64,000 bases of DNA from an uncultured Candidatus Saccharibacteria bacterium (GTDB lineage Bacteria; Patescibacteriota; Minisyncoccia; 2-02-FULL-40-12; GWA2-44-9), in assembly GCA_964356795.1 (NCBI GenBank), contig CAYHIK010000004.1:2743-66742 (forward strand). Reading direction: 5' to 3'. Of this stretch, positions 10,203 through 19,878 are shown one piece after another. Position 1 is the first letter of the stretch. The number at the start of each line of letters is the position of its first letter. A program made the position numbers and the translations under genes. Below the pieces are notes generated by a model, which worked only from the letters and a program-made list of their open reading frames with translations, was not told the DNA's origin and searched no databases.

Positions 10203-10436
10203 ATGACCTACGCCATCCTTCTGGTGAGCGCACTCGGTCTCATCCTCTGGTCGGCGCCCATTCGAGACACAATTCAAAATCAATTCGGCAGTCTCGGAGC
10301 GCAACCCCAGATGATGACCCGCCTCCTCGAGCGTGCGAAAGAAGGCGTAGCACCACACATAGCAACCGCCCGAGACTATGCGATACGAACCACGAAAGCG
10401 CTTATTCGAGACGTCATCAATGACACGTTGAAATAA
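10203..10436 (+). CDS. Small membrane-anchored hypothetical protein
   Basis: N-terminal TM; follows pilin by 4 nt. Confidence 0.55.
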   Translation: MTYAILLVSALGLILWSAPIRDTIQNQFGSLGAQPQMMTRLLERAKEGVAPHIATARDYAIRTTKALIRDVINDTLK

Positions 10437-10458
10437 TCAATACTTCGACACCGACACA

Positions 10459-10488
10459 AGAAAACCCCCGCTCAAGCGGGGGTTTTCT
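10459..10488. terminator. Bidirectional intrinsic terminator
   Basis: agaaaacccccgct-ca-agcgggggttttct between convergent genes. Confidence 0.8.
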
Positions 10489-10504
10489 GTATGATGCCCT
10501 GACT

Positions 10505-11251
10505 CTAGAGCTTTGAATCGATGAGCGCCTTGAATGTAGAGTACGGCTGAGCCCCAACAAGCATTTCTCCGTTCACGAAGAAGCTTGGAGTTCCGCTCAC
10601 ACCAAATGTGGAAGCATCGGCGGTATCCTTATCCACGCGTGCTTCGTATTTCTTTGAGTCTAGGCACTGATTAAACTGTGCAGTCTTCACGCCAATCTGT
10701 GCAGCCCACTGCTTCAATTCTACAATGCCGTACTCAACAGTCCCGGTTCCTTTCTTTGCTTGCTCCTCATTTATCTTGTCATGAAATTCCCAGAATTTTC
10801 CTTGCTCCTGAGCGCACGCCGCGGCGAGCGCTGAAGGCTTTGCTGCGGCGTGAATTTGAAGAAGCGGAAAGTCGCGATAGATGAGGCGCACCTTACCGGT
10901 ATCGATGTAGTCCTTCTTTAGTTGTCCATAGGTCTCCGTCCAGAATCGCCGACAAAACGGACATTGGAAATCACTAAACTCAACGATGGTTACTTTTGCG
11001 TTTACATTCCCAAGCATTGGGTCATCATTACTAAACAACGTGCTCGGATCAGCAATCTTTACGGGCTCATCTTCGGCAATCTGATTATCCTGAGCCGCGC
11101 CATCAAGCGATGGAAGCCCCGACGCGAGCTGGCCATTTCCTGCGTACAATATAGATCCAGAAATCATAACGCCAGAAATGAGAACCGCCATCGGCACTGT
11201 CATCACAAAACTAGCTACGCGCGAGAGTGGTGTTTGTTCGTTTGAGTCCAT
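10505..11251 (-). CDS. DsbA family thiol-disulfide oxidoreductase
   Basis: EFSDFQCPFC, GTPSFFVNG. Confidence 0.93.
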   Translation of the reverse strand: MDSNEQTPLSRVASFVMTVPMAVLISGVMISGSILYAGNGQLASGLPSLDGAAQDNQIAEDEPVKIADPSTLFSNDDPMLGNVNAKVTIVEFSDFQCPFCRRFWTETYGQLKKDYIDTGKVRLIYRDFPLLQIHAAAKPSALAAACAQEQGKFWEFHDKINEEQAKKGTGTVEYGIVELKQWAAQIGVKTAQFNQCLDSKKYEARVDKDTADASTFGVSGTPSFFVNGEMLVGAQPYSTFKALIDSKL

Positions 11252-11344
11252 GAAAGTATTCGTAATTACAGATACCAGTATATCGTGCTTTGAGCACTTC
11301 GCAAGCGTTACCGCGTCGACGTGAGTGACCCTGCCGCTGAAATG

Positions 11345-11770
11345 CTAATCGATACGCATAATATACACCGAAAGCGCGAAGAGAATACCGGTCATCGTTG
11401 CGGACACCAAGCAATACGGACACCACGCATTAATGATAAATGCCTGAACATAGATAAAGTAGAGCGTCGCAAGAACACCAGTGGTCACAATCCAACTCAT
11501 GACGTGCAAAATACGCCGATCACCCGTGTCGAAGAATGCAATAAGGAGAACGATGAGAAGTCCGTAGTAGAAGACGCCAAACGCAGCAACAGGAATTCCA
11601 GTAATCGTCGCATATGCGCTCGTAAGAACGGTTTCGCAGTTATTCAGGACTCCGCAGGGAGGAATCACACCTCGCACATGTTGCGCAGTAAGATACGCCG
11701 AGTCGGAGAAACCGACGAGAGCAGCGACCACGAAGAGCGTAAGCGCCCACTTAGGGAGTTTGAGCGGCAT
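11345..11770 (-). CDS. Vitamin K epoxide reductase (VKOR) family protein
   Basis: C-x5-CETVLTS loop, CPYC in TM4. Confidence 0.92.
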   Translation of the reverse strand: MPLKLPKWALTLFVVAALVGFSDSAYLTAQHVRGVIPPCGVLNNCETVLTSAYATITGIPVAAFGVFYYGLLIVLLIAFFDTGDRRILHVMSWIVTTGVLATLYFIYVQAFIINAWCPYCLVSATMTGILFALSVYIMRID

Positions 11771-12554
11771 CGGGTGATGGGGTTACTTTTGCATTCACAA
11801 GGAACGCCTTGAACTCTTCATAGCTTGCAGGATGCGGCATTCGATTTCCATTTACAAAGAATGATGGCGTACTCGAAACGCCTGAGCGCTCACCAGCAGC
11901 ATACTGCTCCAATACACGCGCCTTTACAGCGCTACTATCGAGGTCGTCGGAAAACCGTGCGACATCTAAGCCAATATCCTTAGCGAATGCCATGAACCTT
12001 TCGCGAACTGCAGCGCTAGAGAGAGCAGACCATGCCTGCTGCTGCTCAAAAAGCACGTCGTGCATCTCCCAAAATTTACCCTGAAGTGCGGCGGCCTCTG
12101 AAGCCTGGGCAGCGAGCTGTGCGTGCGCATGAATACGCGCGGGCAATGGGAAGTTTCGATAGACTACGCGGAGAGAATCTTTAAGTTCAGGCTCATCGAG
12201 AAGTCGCTTCACGATGGGATAAAACGCAGCGCATGCCGGACACTGGAAGTCGCTATATTCAACGAGAGTCACCAGCGCATTCGATACACCCTTCGCGTGA
12301 TCATCCGCGCTCACGGGCACGCTCAACACACCATCGGTGACGGGAAGCTGAACCGAAGAGGAGAGACGAACCATTCCATAGGCAATAAGCGCAAGCGCCA
12401 GAAGTCCACCGCCCCATAGGAGAAATCTACGCACAGAACGGCTCCGTGACGGCGAGGAAACCCCGCGTTGTGAGCGTTCAAACTCTCGTCGCTCCCGCCG
12501 ACTCACATGGGTAGTAGATTTAGCGCTTCGATCCGATGGTGTATTCACATTCAT
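11751..12554 (-). CDS. DsbA family thiol-disulfide oxidoreductase
   Basis: EYSDFQCPAC, STPSFFVNG. Confidence 0.93.
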   Translation of the reverse strand: MNVNTPSDRSAKSTTHVSRRERREFERSQRGVSSPSRSRSVRRFLLWGGGLLALALIAYGMVRLSSSVQLPVTDGVLSVPVSADDHAKGVSNALVTLVEYSDFQCPACAAFYPIVKRLLDEPELKDSLRVVYRNFPLPARIHAHAQLAAQASEAAALQGKFWEMHDVLFEQQQAWSALSSAAVRERFMAFAKDIGLDVARFSDDLDSSAVKARVLEQYAAGERSGVSSTPSFFVNGNRMPHPASYEEFKAFLVNAKVTPSPDAAQTP

Positions 12555-12650
12555 GATTTCGTAAATATACCATGACTTGTGAATCTGAACAGATACCTCC
12601 CAGCGGGCATGATGCTTTGTGAATTTACGATACAGAGCTACAATAGAAGT

Positions 12651-13652
12651 ATGAATATAGTTTTCTTTGAGACGATGCCAGGCGAGGCGGAGTTGCTCAC
12701 GCCGTTACTGCCTGAGGGTCACACAGTTTCCTTCTCTCCCGATACACTCTCCCTGGATACCCTATCGCAGGCAGCAGATGCTGACATCATTTCTGTATTT
12801 GTGAAGTCAGAAGTTCGCAAACCAATCATTGATGCCCTCCCGAATCTAAAACTCATCACCACACGCTCAATGGGCTTTGATCATATCGACGTAGCATACG
12901 CAAATACCAAGAACATCCACATCACCAATGTCTCCACATACGCGTCGCACCCCGTCGCTGAGTTTACCTTCGCGCTACTGCTCAGCGTTTCTCGGCGCAT
13001 TTACCACGCATACAACCAGCTCCGTGAGGGCACCAACTTCGATACTCGCGACTTGAAGGGGTTCAACCTCTACGGAAAAACGCTTGGCGTCGTAGGCACT
13101 GGTCGTATTGGAAAAAATGTCGTTCGTATCGCGCGTGGATTTGGAATGAATGTCATCGCCTTCGATACTCATCCCGATGAACAATTCGCCACAGAAACAG
13201 GCATTACCTACCATCCGCTCAATGAACTCGTCGCCGCATCAGATGTTATTTCAGTGCATGTACCCTACTCCAAAGAAACATTTCATCTGTTCGATGCTAA
13301 ATTATTTAGTTGCATGAAAAAAGGAGTTATCTTTATCAACACTGCTCGAGGTGAGGTCGTTGATACGCATGCGCTGATTATGGCACTTCGAAATGGCACC
13401 GTATGGGGTGCTGGCCTTGATGTCCTCGAAGAAGAACGTGCACTCCACGAAGAAGCACTCCGCATGGAGCGGCGTGATTCGAGTGTCGATTACGAACTCC
13501 TTACGGCAAACCACATCCTCATTGATATGCCCAATGTTATCGTGACACCCCATATCGCGTTCGAGACCCAAGAGGCAATGGAGGAAATTTGTCGCGTCAC
13601 CGCGAGTGCAATCCAGGCACACATCGCGGGATCACCTCAAGCATATCTCTAG
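12651..13652 (+). CDS. D-isomer 2-hydroxyacid dehydrogenase
   Basis: GTGRIG, INTARG, GLDVLEEE, TPHIA. Confidence 0.92.
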   Translation: MNIVFFETMPGEAELLTPLLPEGHTVSFSPDTLSLDTLSQAADADIISVFVKSEVRKPIIDALPNLKLITTRSMGFDHIDVAYANTKNIHITNVSTYASHPVAEFTFALLLSVSRRIYHAYNQLREGTNFDTRDLKGFNLYGKTLGVVGTGRIGKNVVRIARGFGMNVIAFDTHPDEQFATETGITYHPLNELVAASDVISVHVPYSKETFHLFDAKLFSCMKKGVIFINTARGEVVDTHALIMALRNGTVWGAGLDVLEEERALHEEALRMERRDSSVDYELLTANHILIDMPNVIVTPHIAFETQEAMEEICRVTASAIQAHIAGSPQAYL

Positions 13653-13653
13653 C

Positions 13654-14910
13654 ATGCATCGCATACAAAACTACGAATCGCTCGCGCGGTCACCTGCTCG
13701 TCGCGATATGCTCGACATCGTCGAGGCGGGACTTACTGCAATTGATACTCGCCACATCATTCAGCAGTCAATTTCACGCGATGGAGACACGCTCCGCATC
13801 CTTGATCATACCTACGACCTCGCGAAATTTCGCCGTATCCATGTCATCGGATTTGGGAAAGCATCGTGCCAAGCAGCGGCAGAGCTTGAGCGCATCCTCC
13901 AAGATCGACTCTTCGGAGGTGTGGCGATAAGCAATCATCCGTCGGCATGCACCGTTGTAACCGTATGCGAAGCAACGCATCCGATGCCCTCGGCGCAAAA
14001 TGTTACACACTCGCAATCTCTGGTGGCATACTGTGAGCAAATCTCTACGGATGATCTCGTTCTTATTATTGTCTCAGGCGGTGGCTCGGCGATGCTCGCG
14101 TGGCCATCGTCGGAATGCGACCAGGGTATCACCCTCTACACAGCAGCGAATAAAAAGGGACTCCCCATTCTCGAGCTCAATACGGTACGAAAACATCTTT
14201 CATCGCTCAAAGGAGGCGGACTCGCGTCACTTCTTGCACCCGCACGCGTTGTAGGACTTATTTTCTCTGATGTGCCCGGTGCAACGCCAGATGTCGTTGC
14301 ATCGGGGCCAACGTTTATCGACCACACCACAGCTGAAGACGCACAGCACATCATCGATATGTATGATCTGGGCACCTACACCCTTACTGAAACACCGAAG
14401 AATCCAGACATCTTCAAGAATGTCGAGAACCTAATACTCCTTTCAAATGAAGCGGCATTGCAAGCAATGGCATCAAAGGCAAATTCACTTGGCTACGCAA
14501 CCAAAATCATTGCATCTGATATGTACGACACTCCGCAAGAGATGATCGGGCGATTTCTCAGTTCAGCTCAAACTCATACGGTTATCCTTGGTGGTGGTGA
14601 GGCGCGACTCATGGTATCCAAGAGTGGCACTGGAGGACGGAACGGACATGTCGCGCTCACCGCTGCTCAGCGAATCTCGGATGGTGCCATCTTTGCTTCA
14701 ATTGCGTCCGACGGTATTGATAATGGCTCGGATGCGGGGGCAATTGTTGATGCGTCAACGATACTTCGCGCATCTGACGCTGGATTTGATATTCAATTAG
14801 CACTGAAAGAATTCAATGAACGGCCCACACTCACCGCAACGAGTGACATCGTCATCACAGGACCAACAAACGCAAACGTGAGCGACCTCATGGCGCTTCT
14901 TATTCCATAA
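13654..14910 (+). CDS. Glycerate 2-kinase (DUF4147 + MOFRL)
   Basis: GFGKA, THP, SGGGSA, SDVPG, GGRN, SDGID, TGPTNANVSD. Confidence 0.9.
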   Translation: MHRIQNYESLARSPARRDMLDIVEAGLTAIDTRHIIQQSISRDGDTLRILDHTYDLAKFRRIHVIGFGKASCQAAAELERILQDRLFGGVAISNHPSACTVVTVCEATHPMPSAQNVTHSQSLVAYCEQISTDDLVLIIVSGGGSAMLAWPSSECDQGITLYTAANKKGLPILELNTVRKHLSSLKGGGLASLLAPARVVGLIFSDVPGATPDVVASGPTFIDHTTAEDAQHIIDMYDLGTYTLTETPKNPDIFKNVENLILLSNEAALQAMASKANSLGYATKIIASDMYDTPQEMIGRFLSSAQTHTVILGGGEARLMVSKSGTGGRNGHVALTAAQRISDGAIFASIASDGIDNGSDAGAIVDASTILRASDAGFDIQLALKEFNERPTLTATSDIVITGPTNANVSDLMALLIP

Positions 14911-14944
14911 AAATACCCCGACGCACATGCGCCGGGGTACACAA

Positions 14945-16900
14945 CTAGTCGTCGTCTTCAGGGCATCCGCAGTACACCGCGAAGCTTGCACCGCCACTGC
15001 CAGGAGTGCTCACCACCTGCCCATTCAGAGCATTCTGGACGAACTGGAAGTACTGAGCACCGCCCGAGCAATCCGCGCCGCCCCAGTGAATGACCGCCAA
15101 CCGAGCAGCCATCGTGAGTGTGTGCGAAGATCCGCTCAAGCTGTCATTCTTGCCAATATATTCCAGCCCATAGTGCCCGCAAATGTCCTCGGGATTGTTT
15201 CCGTTACCCCAGGGGTTTGGCTTGTAGCAACCGCTCACAGCCTGGCTGCCGTGATCGATTTCGCATGTTCGCTGAATCGTGAACGATTCGGTATCCGTGC
15301 ACGAAAGCTCGCCATCGTCGACCTTCAGCGTACAGCTGTGGCTTCCCGACGAGAGATCACTGAATGTGCGAAACCCGCCGTTACTGATAGCACCGTACGA
15401 TTCGCTGTCGCGCTTCATACTACCCGAACCGGGGTTTGTCCAGGTACCCGTGCACTTCGCACTCGTACCATCGACCGCTACCGAAACGGATGGGTTCACA
15501 TCGCCACACGAGCGCTCCTTTTGGGGAACTTCCTTGCTGAAATCCTTCTGAACAAAGCATTCAAGCTCCTCAGGACCATACCCCAATCGATACGTCGCGT
15601 TGAACATGGTGGAACCCGATCCATACGGCAGTCGATCCACCGTCGCAGGAAGCGTAGGAGTGAACGTACCGCCCGCAGGAGCAACCGTTCCACTCGTGAT
15701 CGACGCCTGTGTTGCGGTGAGCGACATGGCGATGTCACCGGTGATGACGGGGGCTTCGAAGTCTTCGCAGGTTGAGTCTCGAGGAGGAACCTTGATTGTG
15801 AGTTGCGCGGGGCAGCTCAACTGCCCGCGAACCACGTTCAGAGTAGCGGTAAAGGTCTGCGCGGTATTCTTCATCGTAAATTCATGCGATTTCGAGAACG
15901 GCGCACCGACCGACTCACTCGAGCCGTCGCCCCACTGAAGCGTCCCCGACGTCGGGGGCTCATTCCAGTTTCCCTGCAGACATGCATGGAACGTACTCGG
16001 CGCAACCGAAGTCGCGGAGTAGTCCCTACACGCACTAAGGCTCACGTTCAGATCAGCACACGAAGTCTGAATCTGATTCGAAACCTCTGCGCGCTGCTCA
16101 CAGTTCAAGCCACTCTGCTCGAACGTCGCGGTGACTTCGTACGTACCGTAGTCCCAGGTATGGCGAACGGATTCGCCGTTCTTGAGCTCCGCACTCGTAC
16201 CATCGCCGAAATTGACCGAGACCTTCTTGTTCGATTTGCCGTTTCGGAATGAAACGGAAACCGTTCTCGTCAGACCCTGTCCTTCGACGAAAAGCTGCAG
16301 GTCGTAGATATCGCACGATGGGCAGTCACGACCCGTGTCGATGACCTTTCCGATGACAGAAACCCCCAAGGGGCCCCAGGCATCGTCCAGCTGATACCGC
16401 CCGCACGCGTTCTCATCCGCCGTGAACGTGTACGTGGTCACACCGGTGTTGCCCACTGCAACAGACGTTGCGCCACTCACGAGCCCTGTGATGCCGCCAG
16501 GATTACTCCCAACCGCACCACAACCAGCCTGTGCTTCGTGGAAAATCGCGACGCGCGAGTAGATGTTGTCACTGGAGTTGTTGGCAAGGCCAACTTCGTA
16601 TTGAAGAACGTAGCCCTTTTCTCTCAACTCTTCCGGAGTCGTACACACCGTCTCACGATTGAAGTCGCTTCTGCGCTCGCAGATAGTAACTCCCTGATCA
16701 GTCCACGTGTGCACATTGCTCGGACACACGCTTTCTGCCGACACCGGAGTGGTAGTCGGCTTCACCGGCGAACTCGTCACCGCCTGAGAGGATGCGGAGG
16801 TATCAGGCGAGCTTGGCGTATCGAACGTCGAGCACGCCCACGTCGTCAGCATCGTGATCATCGTAAGGATCATCGCGATTCTGATATGTCGCGACCGCAT
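14945..16900 (-). CDS. Cys-rich secreted lipoprotein with PKD-like domains
   Basis: Lipobox-like WAC, VNFGDG and LQWGDG PKD signatures, many paired Cys. Confidence 0.7.
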   Translation of the reverse strand: MRSRHIRIAMILTMITMLTTWACSTFDTPSSPDTSASSQAVTSSPVKPTTTPVSAESVCPSNVHTWTDQGVTICERRSDFNRETVCTTPEELREKGYVLQYEVGLANNSSDNIYSRVAIFHEAQAGCGAVGSNPGGITGLVSGATSVAVGNTGVTTYTFTADENACGRYQLDDAWGPLGVSVIGKVIDTGRDCPSCDIYDLQLFVEGQGLTRTVSVSFRNGKSNKKVSVNFGDGTSAELKNGESVRHTWDYGTYEVTATFEQSGLNCEQRAEVSNQIQTSCADLNVSLSACRDYSATSVAPSTFHACLQGNWNEPPTSGTLQWGDGSSESVGAPFSKSHEFTMKNTAQTFTATLNVVRGQLSCPAQLTIKVPPRDSTCEDFEAPVITGDIAMSLTATQASITSGTVAPAGGTFTPTLPATVDRLPYGSGSTMFNATYRLGYGPEELECFVQKDFSKEVPQKERSCGDVNPSVSVAVDGTSAKCTGTWTNPGSGSMKRDSESYGAISNGGFRTFSDLSSGSHSCTLKVDDGELSCTDTESFTIQRTCEIDHGSQAVSGCYKPNPWGNGNNPEDICGHYGLEYIGKNDSLSGSSHTLTMAARLAVIHWGGADCSGGAQYFQFVQNALNGQVVSTPGSGGASFAVYCGCPEDDD

Positions 16901-17043
16901 GGGTTTCTCCTTTGTCTACTTGTGAATTGTGAATGAACAACATGCGCAACAGCACTACAATGTAGCGTCTTCGTGAATCACGTCAAGTGAAACTGTGCAA
17001 AAAAAGAAGTGATTATTCTCTCGATATGCGGTATACTCCCCCT

Positions 17044-18072
17044 ATGAAGAGTAGCGTCCTAGAAACAGCGATTCTATCGGCGGCATTTATCGGAACGCTC
17101 ATTCTCGTCGGCATGATGATGCTTCCTTTTATCAACACGGTCTTTCTTGCCGCGATTTTTGCATTTCTTTTCTCAGGTTTATACCAACGACTCCTGCAGC
17201 ACATCCCCAATCGCACGCTCGCGTCACTCATCATCACAATACTCGTCCTCCTTGTCATCCTCATTCCACTCGCGCTTGTCGGATATCAAATCGCACAAGA
17301 AGCAACGAACCTCTACGCGTTTCTTCGCGAGCGCTCAGCGGGTGCCGATATTAGTCACATCCTCCAGCAATTCCAGGGCGTCACCGGCTCCCTCATACCC
17401 GCTTCGGCCATCGATGCATCCGCAGTGAGCGACCGCCTTCAACAGGTACTCGGATGGATTATCGGCAATCTCGGCACCGCATTCACGGGCATCACTCGAA
17501 TCATATTAAATTTCTTCTTTTTACTTCTCTTCTTTTACTATCTTACGAAAGATGGTGAATCAATGCTTGCGCGCCTCATAAAAGCATCCCCCATCACAGA
17601 CTCCCATGAACGTGAGATCCTCACGCGCATTCAAGGCTCAATCTCAGCGACAGTCCGAGGACAAGTGCTCGTTGCGGTCCTCCAGGGAATTGTGGGCGGA
17701 CTCGGGCTGGCATTCTTCAATGTGCCAAACCCTGCACTCTGGGGAACAATCCTTATGCTCGCATCGTTTATTCCTGTATTCGGAACGGGACTCGTACAAA
17801 TTCCCGCTATTATTTACCTTGTCGCAACACTCCAATACGCGTCTGCGGTCGGCCTCGGACTCTGGGCAATACTCGCGGTCGGACTACTCGATAATGTGCT
17901 TGGACCCAAACTCATGTCAAACGGCATCCACGTACACCCACTCCTCACCATGCTCTCCGTGCTTGGAGGTATCAGCATGTTTGGCCCCGTCGGCATCGTC
18001 CTCGGTCCCGTACTCACAAGCTTCCTCCTCGCCATCGGTGAAATTTTATTGACCCACGCACACCGGAGCTAA
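17044..18072 (+). CDS. AI-2E family transporter
   Basis: Multi-TM, DNVLGPKL, HPLL, FGPVGIVLGP. Confidence 0.9.
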   Translation: MKSSVLETAILSAAFIGTLILVGMMMLPFINTVFLAAIFAFLFSGLYQRLLQHIPNRTLASLIITILVLLVILIPLALVGYQIAQEATNLYAFLRERSAGADISHILQQFQGVTGSLIPASAIDASAVSDRLQQVLGWIIGNLGTAFTGITRIILNFFFLLLFFYYLTKDGESMLARLIKASPITDSHEREILTRIQGSISATVRGQVLVAVLQGIVGGLGLAFFNVPNPALWGTILMLASFIPVFGTGLVQIPAIIYLVATLQYASAVGLGLWAILAVGLLDNVLGPKLMSNGIHVHPLLTMLSVLGGISMFGPVGIVLGPVLTSFLLAIGEILLTHAHRS

Positions 18073-18161
18073 CGACAAACATCATCCGGCCCGCCAAGCT
18101 TTGGCGATTTTTGTATGCGATTCTAGACATTTTATGAATTTTGTGGCATACTTAAACCCTC

Positions 18162-18866
18162 ATGGATTCTCCCACATTCCCGATGCGCATCAATAAATAT
18201 CTCGCTCTCAACCGCTATTCGACGCGTCCTGGAGCAGATGACCTTATCAAAGCTGGTAAGGTATTTATCAACGGAAAGCGCGCAGTACTTGGAGCAAAGG
18301 TTATGGAGCACGATACCGTTGAAGTTCGTGGTGCACCACAAAAGAGCTATACCTACATCGCGTACCACAAACCAATCGGAGTCATCACGCATTCTCCGCA
18401 ACTTGGAGAAGACGATGTTCAAACCGCAATCGGAAGATCAGACGTGTTTCCCGTTGGGCGGCTCGATAAAGGCTCGCATGGGCTCATGCTGCTCACCAAC
18501 GACGGCCGCGTTACTGACCGCCTCCTCAATCCCGCCTTCGCGCACGATAAAGAATACCTCGTCCGAACAACGGATGAATTACCTGCAAATTTCAAGCGAC
18601 GCATGGAGTCTGGTGTGAATATCGAGGGATACATGACGAAGCCCTGCAAGGTCCACATTATCGGAGAGCGCACATTTAAGGTGGTCCTCACCGAAGGAAA
18701 GAAACACCAAATTCGCCGTATGTGTTCGGCGCTCGATCAAACCGTCCGCGACCTCAAGCGCATTCGCATACTTAACATCGAGCTCGGCGAGCTCCCCTCT
18801 GGTCAGTATCGCCCTATTCAGGGAGCGGAATTAGAACGATTCCTGAAAAGTATCGGACTCGCGTAA
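18162..18866 (+). CDS. rRNA pseudouridine synthase (RsuA/RluB/RluF family)
   Basis: S4 domain, GRLD catalytic motif, EGKKHQIRRM. Confidence 0.93.
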   Translation: MDSPTFPMRINKYLALNRYSTRPGADDLIKAGKVFINGKRAVLGAKVMEHDTVEVRGAPQKSYTYIAYHKPIGVITHSPQLGEDDVQTAIGRSDVFPVGRLDKGSHGLMLLTNDGRVTDRLLNPAFAHDKEYLVRTTDELPANFKRRMESGVNIEGYMTKPCKVHIIGERTFKVVLTEGKKHQIRRMCSALDQTVRDLKRIRILNIELGELPSGQYRPIQGAELERFLKSIGLA

Positions 18867-18898
18867 TTACTGGAGGAGATATTTTACTATCCTCTCAA

Positions 18899-19282
18899 TC
18901 ATTGCAACGGCTTCTTCAAAAGACATACTGAATTGATGCAGTAGCGCTTTCCGCCCTTCTCTTTGGGACCATCATCGAATACATGCCCGAGATGCGAGCC
19001 ACACTTCTTACAACGAACCTCAGTGCGATGCATACCCAGCGTCGTGTCGGGAATAAGTTCTATGTGCTGAGTATTGAGAGGATCCGTAAAGCTTGGCCAT
19101 CCAGTTCCAGAATCAAATTTTGTATCAGATGAGAACAACTCTTGCCCGCATGCGGCGCACGCATACACACCACGTCCGTGGTCATTCCAGTATTCACCAG
19201 AAAACGGAGCCTCGGTTCCTCCTTCTCGCATAACCCGAACCTGCTCCTCGGTCAGTTTTGGTAGTGTCTCTGTATTACCCAA
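18899..19282 (-). CDS. msrB: Peptide methionine sulfoxide reductase MsrB (probable TTG start)
   Basis: GTEAPF, CxxC, GWPSF, HLGHVF, RYCINS. Confidence 0.93.
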   Translation of the reverse strand: MGNTETLPKLTEEQVRVMREGGTEAPFSGEYWNDHGRGVYACAACGQELFSSDTKFDSGTGWPSFTDPLNTQHIELIPDTTLGMHRTEVRCKKCGSHLGHVFDDGPKEKGGKRYCINSVCLLKKPLQ

Positions 19283-19439
19283 GGAATTCCAATAACTTAT
19301 ACACAACAAATGCGGGCCATACGAATGCCTTCAAGAGACCGACAACTCCCGCGCCAAATGAGCTCGCCTGCCCGATAAAGTATACCGCCGCACCAATAAG
19401 TCCCATCCCATACACCGCGTCTGCAGGATTGTTTTTCAT
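19275..19439 (-). CDS. 54-aa small membrane protein (below the ORF-track cutoff)
   Basis: MKNNPADAVYGMGLIGAAVYF...LLKAFVWPAFVVYKLLEFLG; TATACT just upstream. Confidence 0.7.
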   Translation of the reverse strand: MKNNPADAVYGMGLIGAAVYFIGQASSFGAGVVGLLKAFVWPAFVVYKLLEFLG

Positions 19440-19484
19440 AACTCAGAGTATACCACTTAGGAATCCCAATGTTCAATAAAAAAA

Positions 19485-19510
19485 GCGGTGAGACTCAAGA
19501 GTCTCACCGC
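19485..19510 (-). terminator. Intrinsic terminator
   Basis: gcggtgagactc-aa-gagtctcaccgc with a U-tract on the minus strand. Confidence 0.75.
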
Positions 19511-19518
19511 CCCCGCAA

Positions 19519-19878
19519 CTAGTCGTCCCTACGCTCGTCGACCTCCTTCAGGCCGAAGTTCTTACAGAACCCGCCCGTGAGGTAGGTGCTCCCGTAGAAC
19601 GTTCCAGTTCCTTCGGCATCCACCATCCCGCCGACCTGCGCGCGTCCCGTGAGACGAACCCCGTCCTTCAAACGAGCGGTCCCGAACACACGCGAACCCG
19701 CGCCCACATGAACCGATGGTTCGACATTGGCATCCTGACCGACCAACCCACCGCCGTTCTCATGCTTCCGGTACCACGTTCCATCCGGACCACGGTACCG
19801 ATACGGGCTATTCGCTCCAACGACGTAGCGATACGTCACTCCATCGATGACAACGTCTTCGTTCTTCTCGCTGCTCAT
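19519..19878 (-). CDS. Hypothetical protein with short hexapeptide-like repeats
   Basis: HENGGG followed by beta-helix-like repeats; translationally coupled to the upstream gene. Confidence 0.6.
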   Translation of the reverse strand: MSSEKNEDVVIDGVTYRYVVGANSPYRYRGPDGTWYRKHENGGGLVGQDANVEPSVHVGAGSRVFGTARLKDGVRLTGRAQVGGMVDAEGTGTFYGSTYLTGGFCKNFGLKEVDERRDD

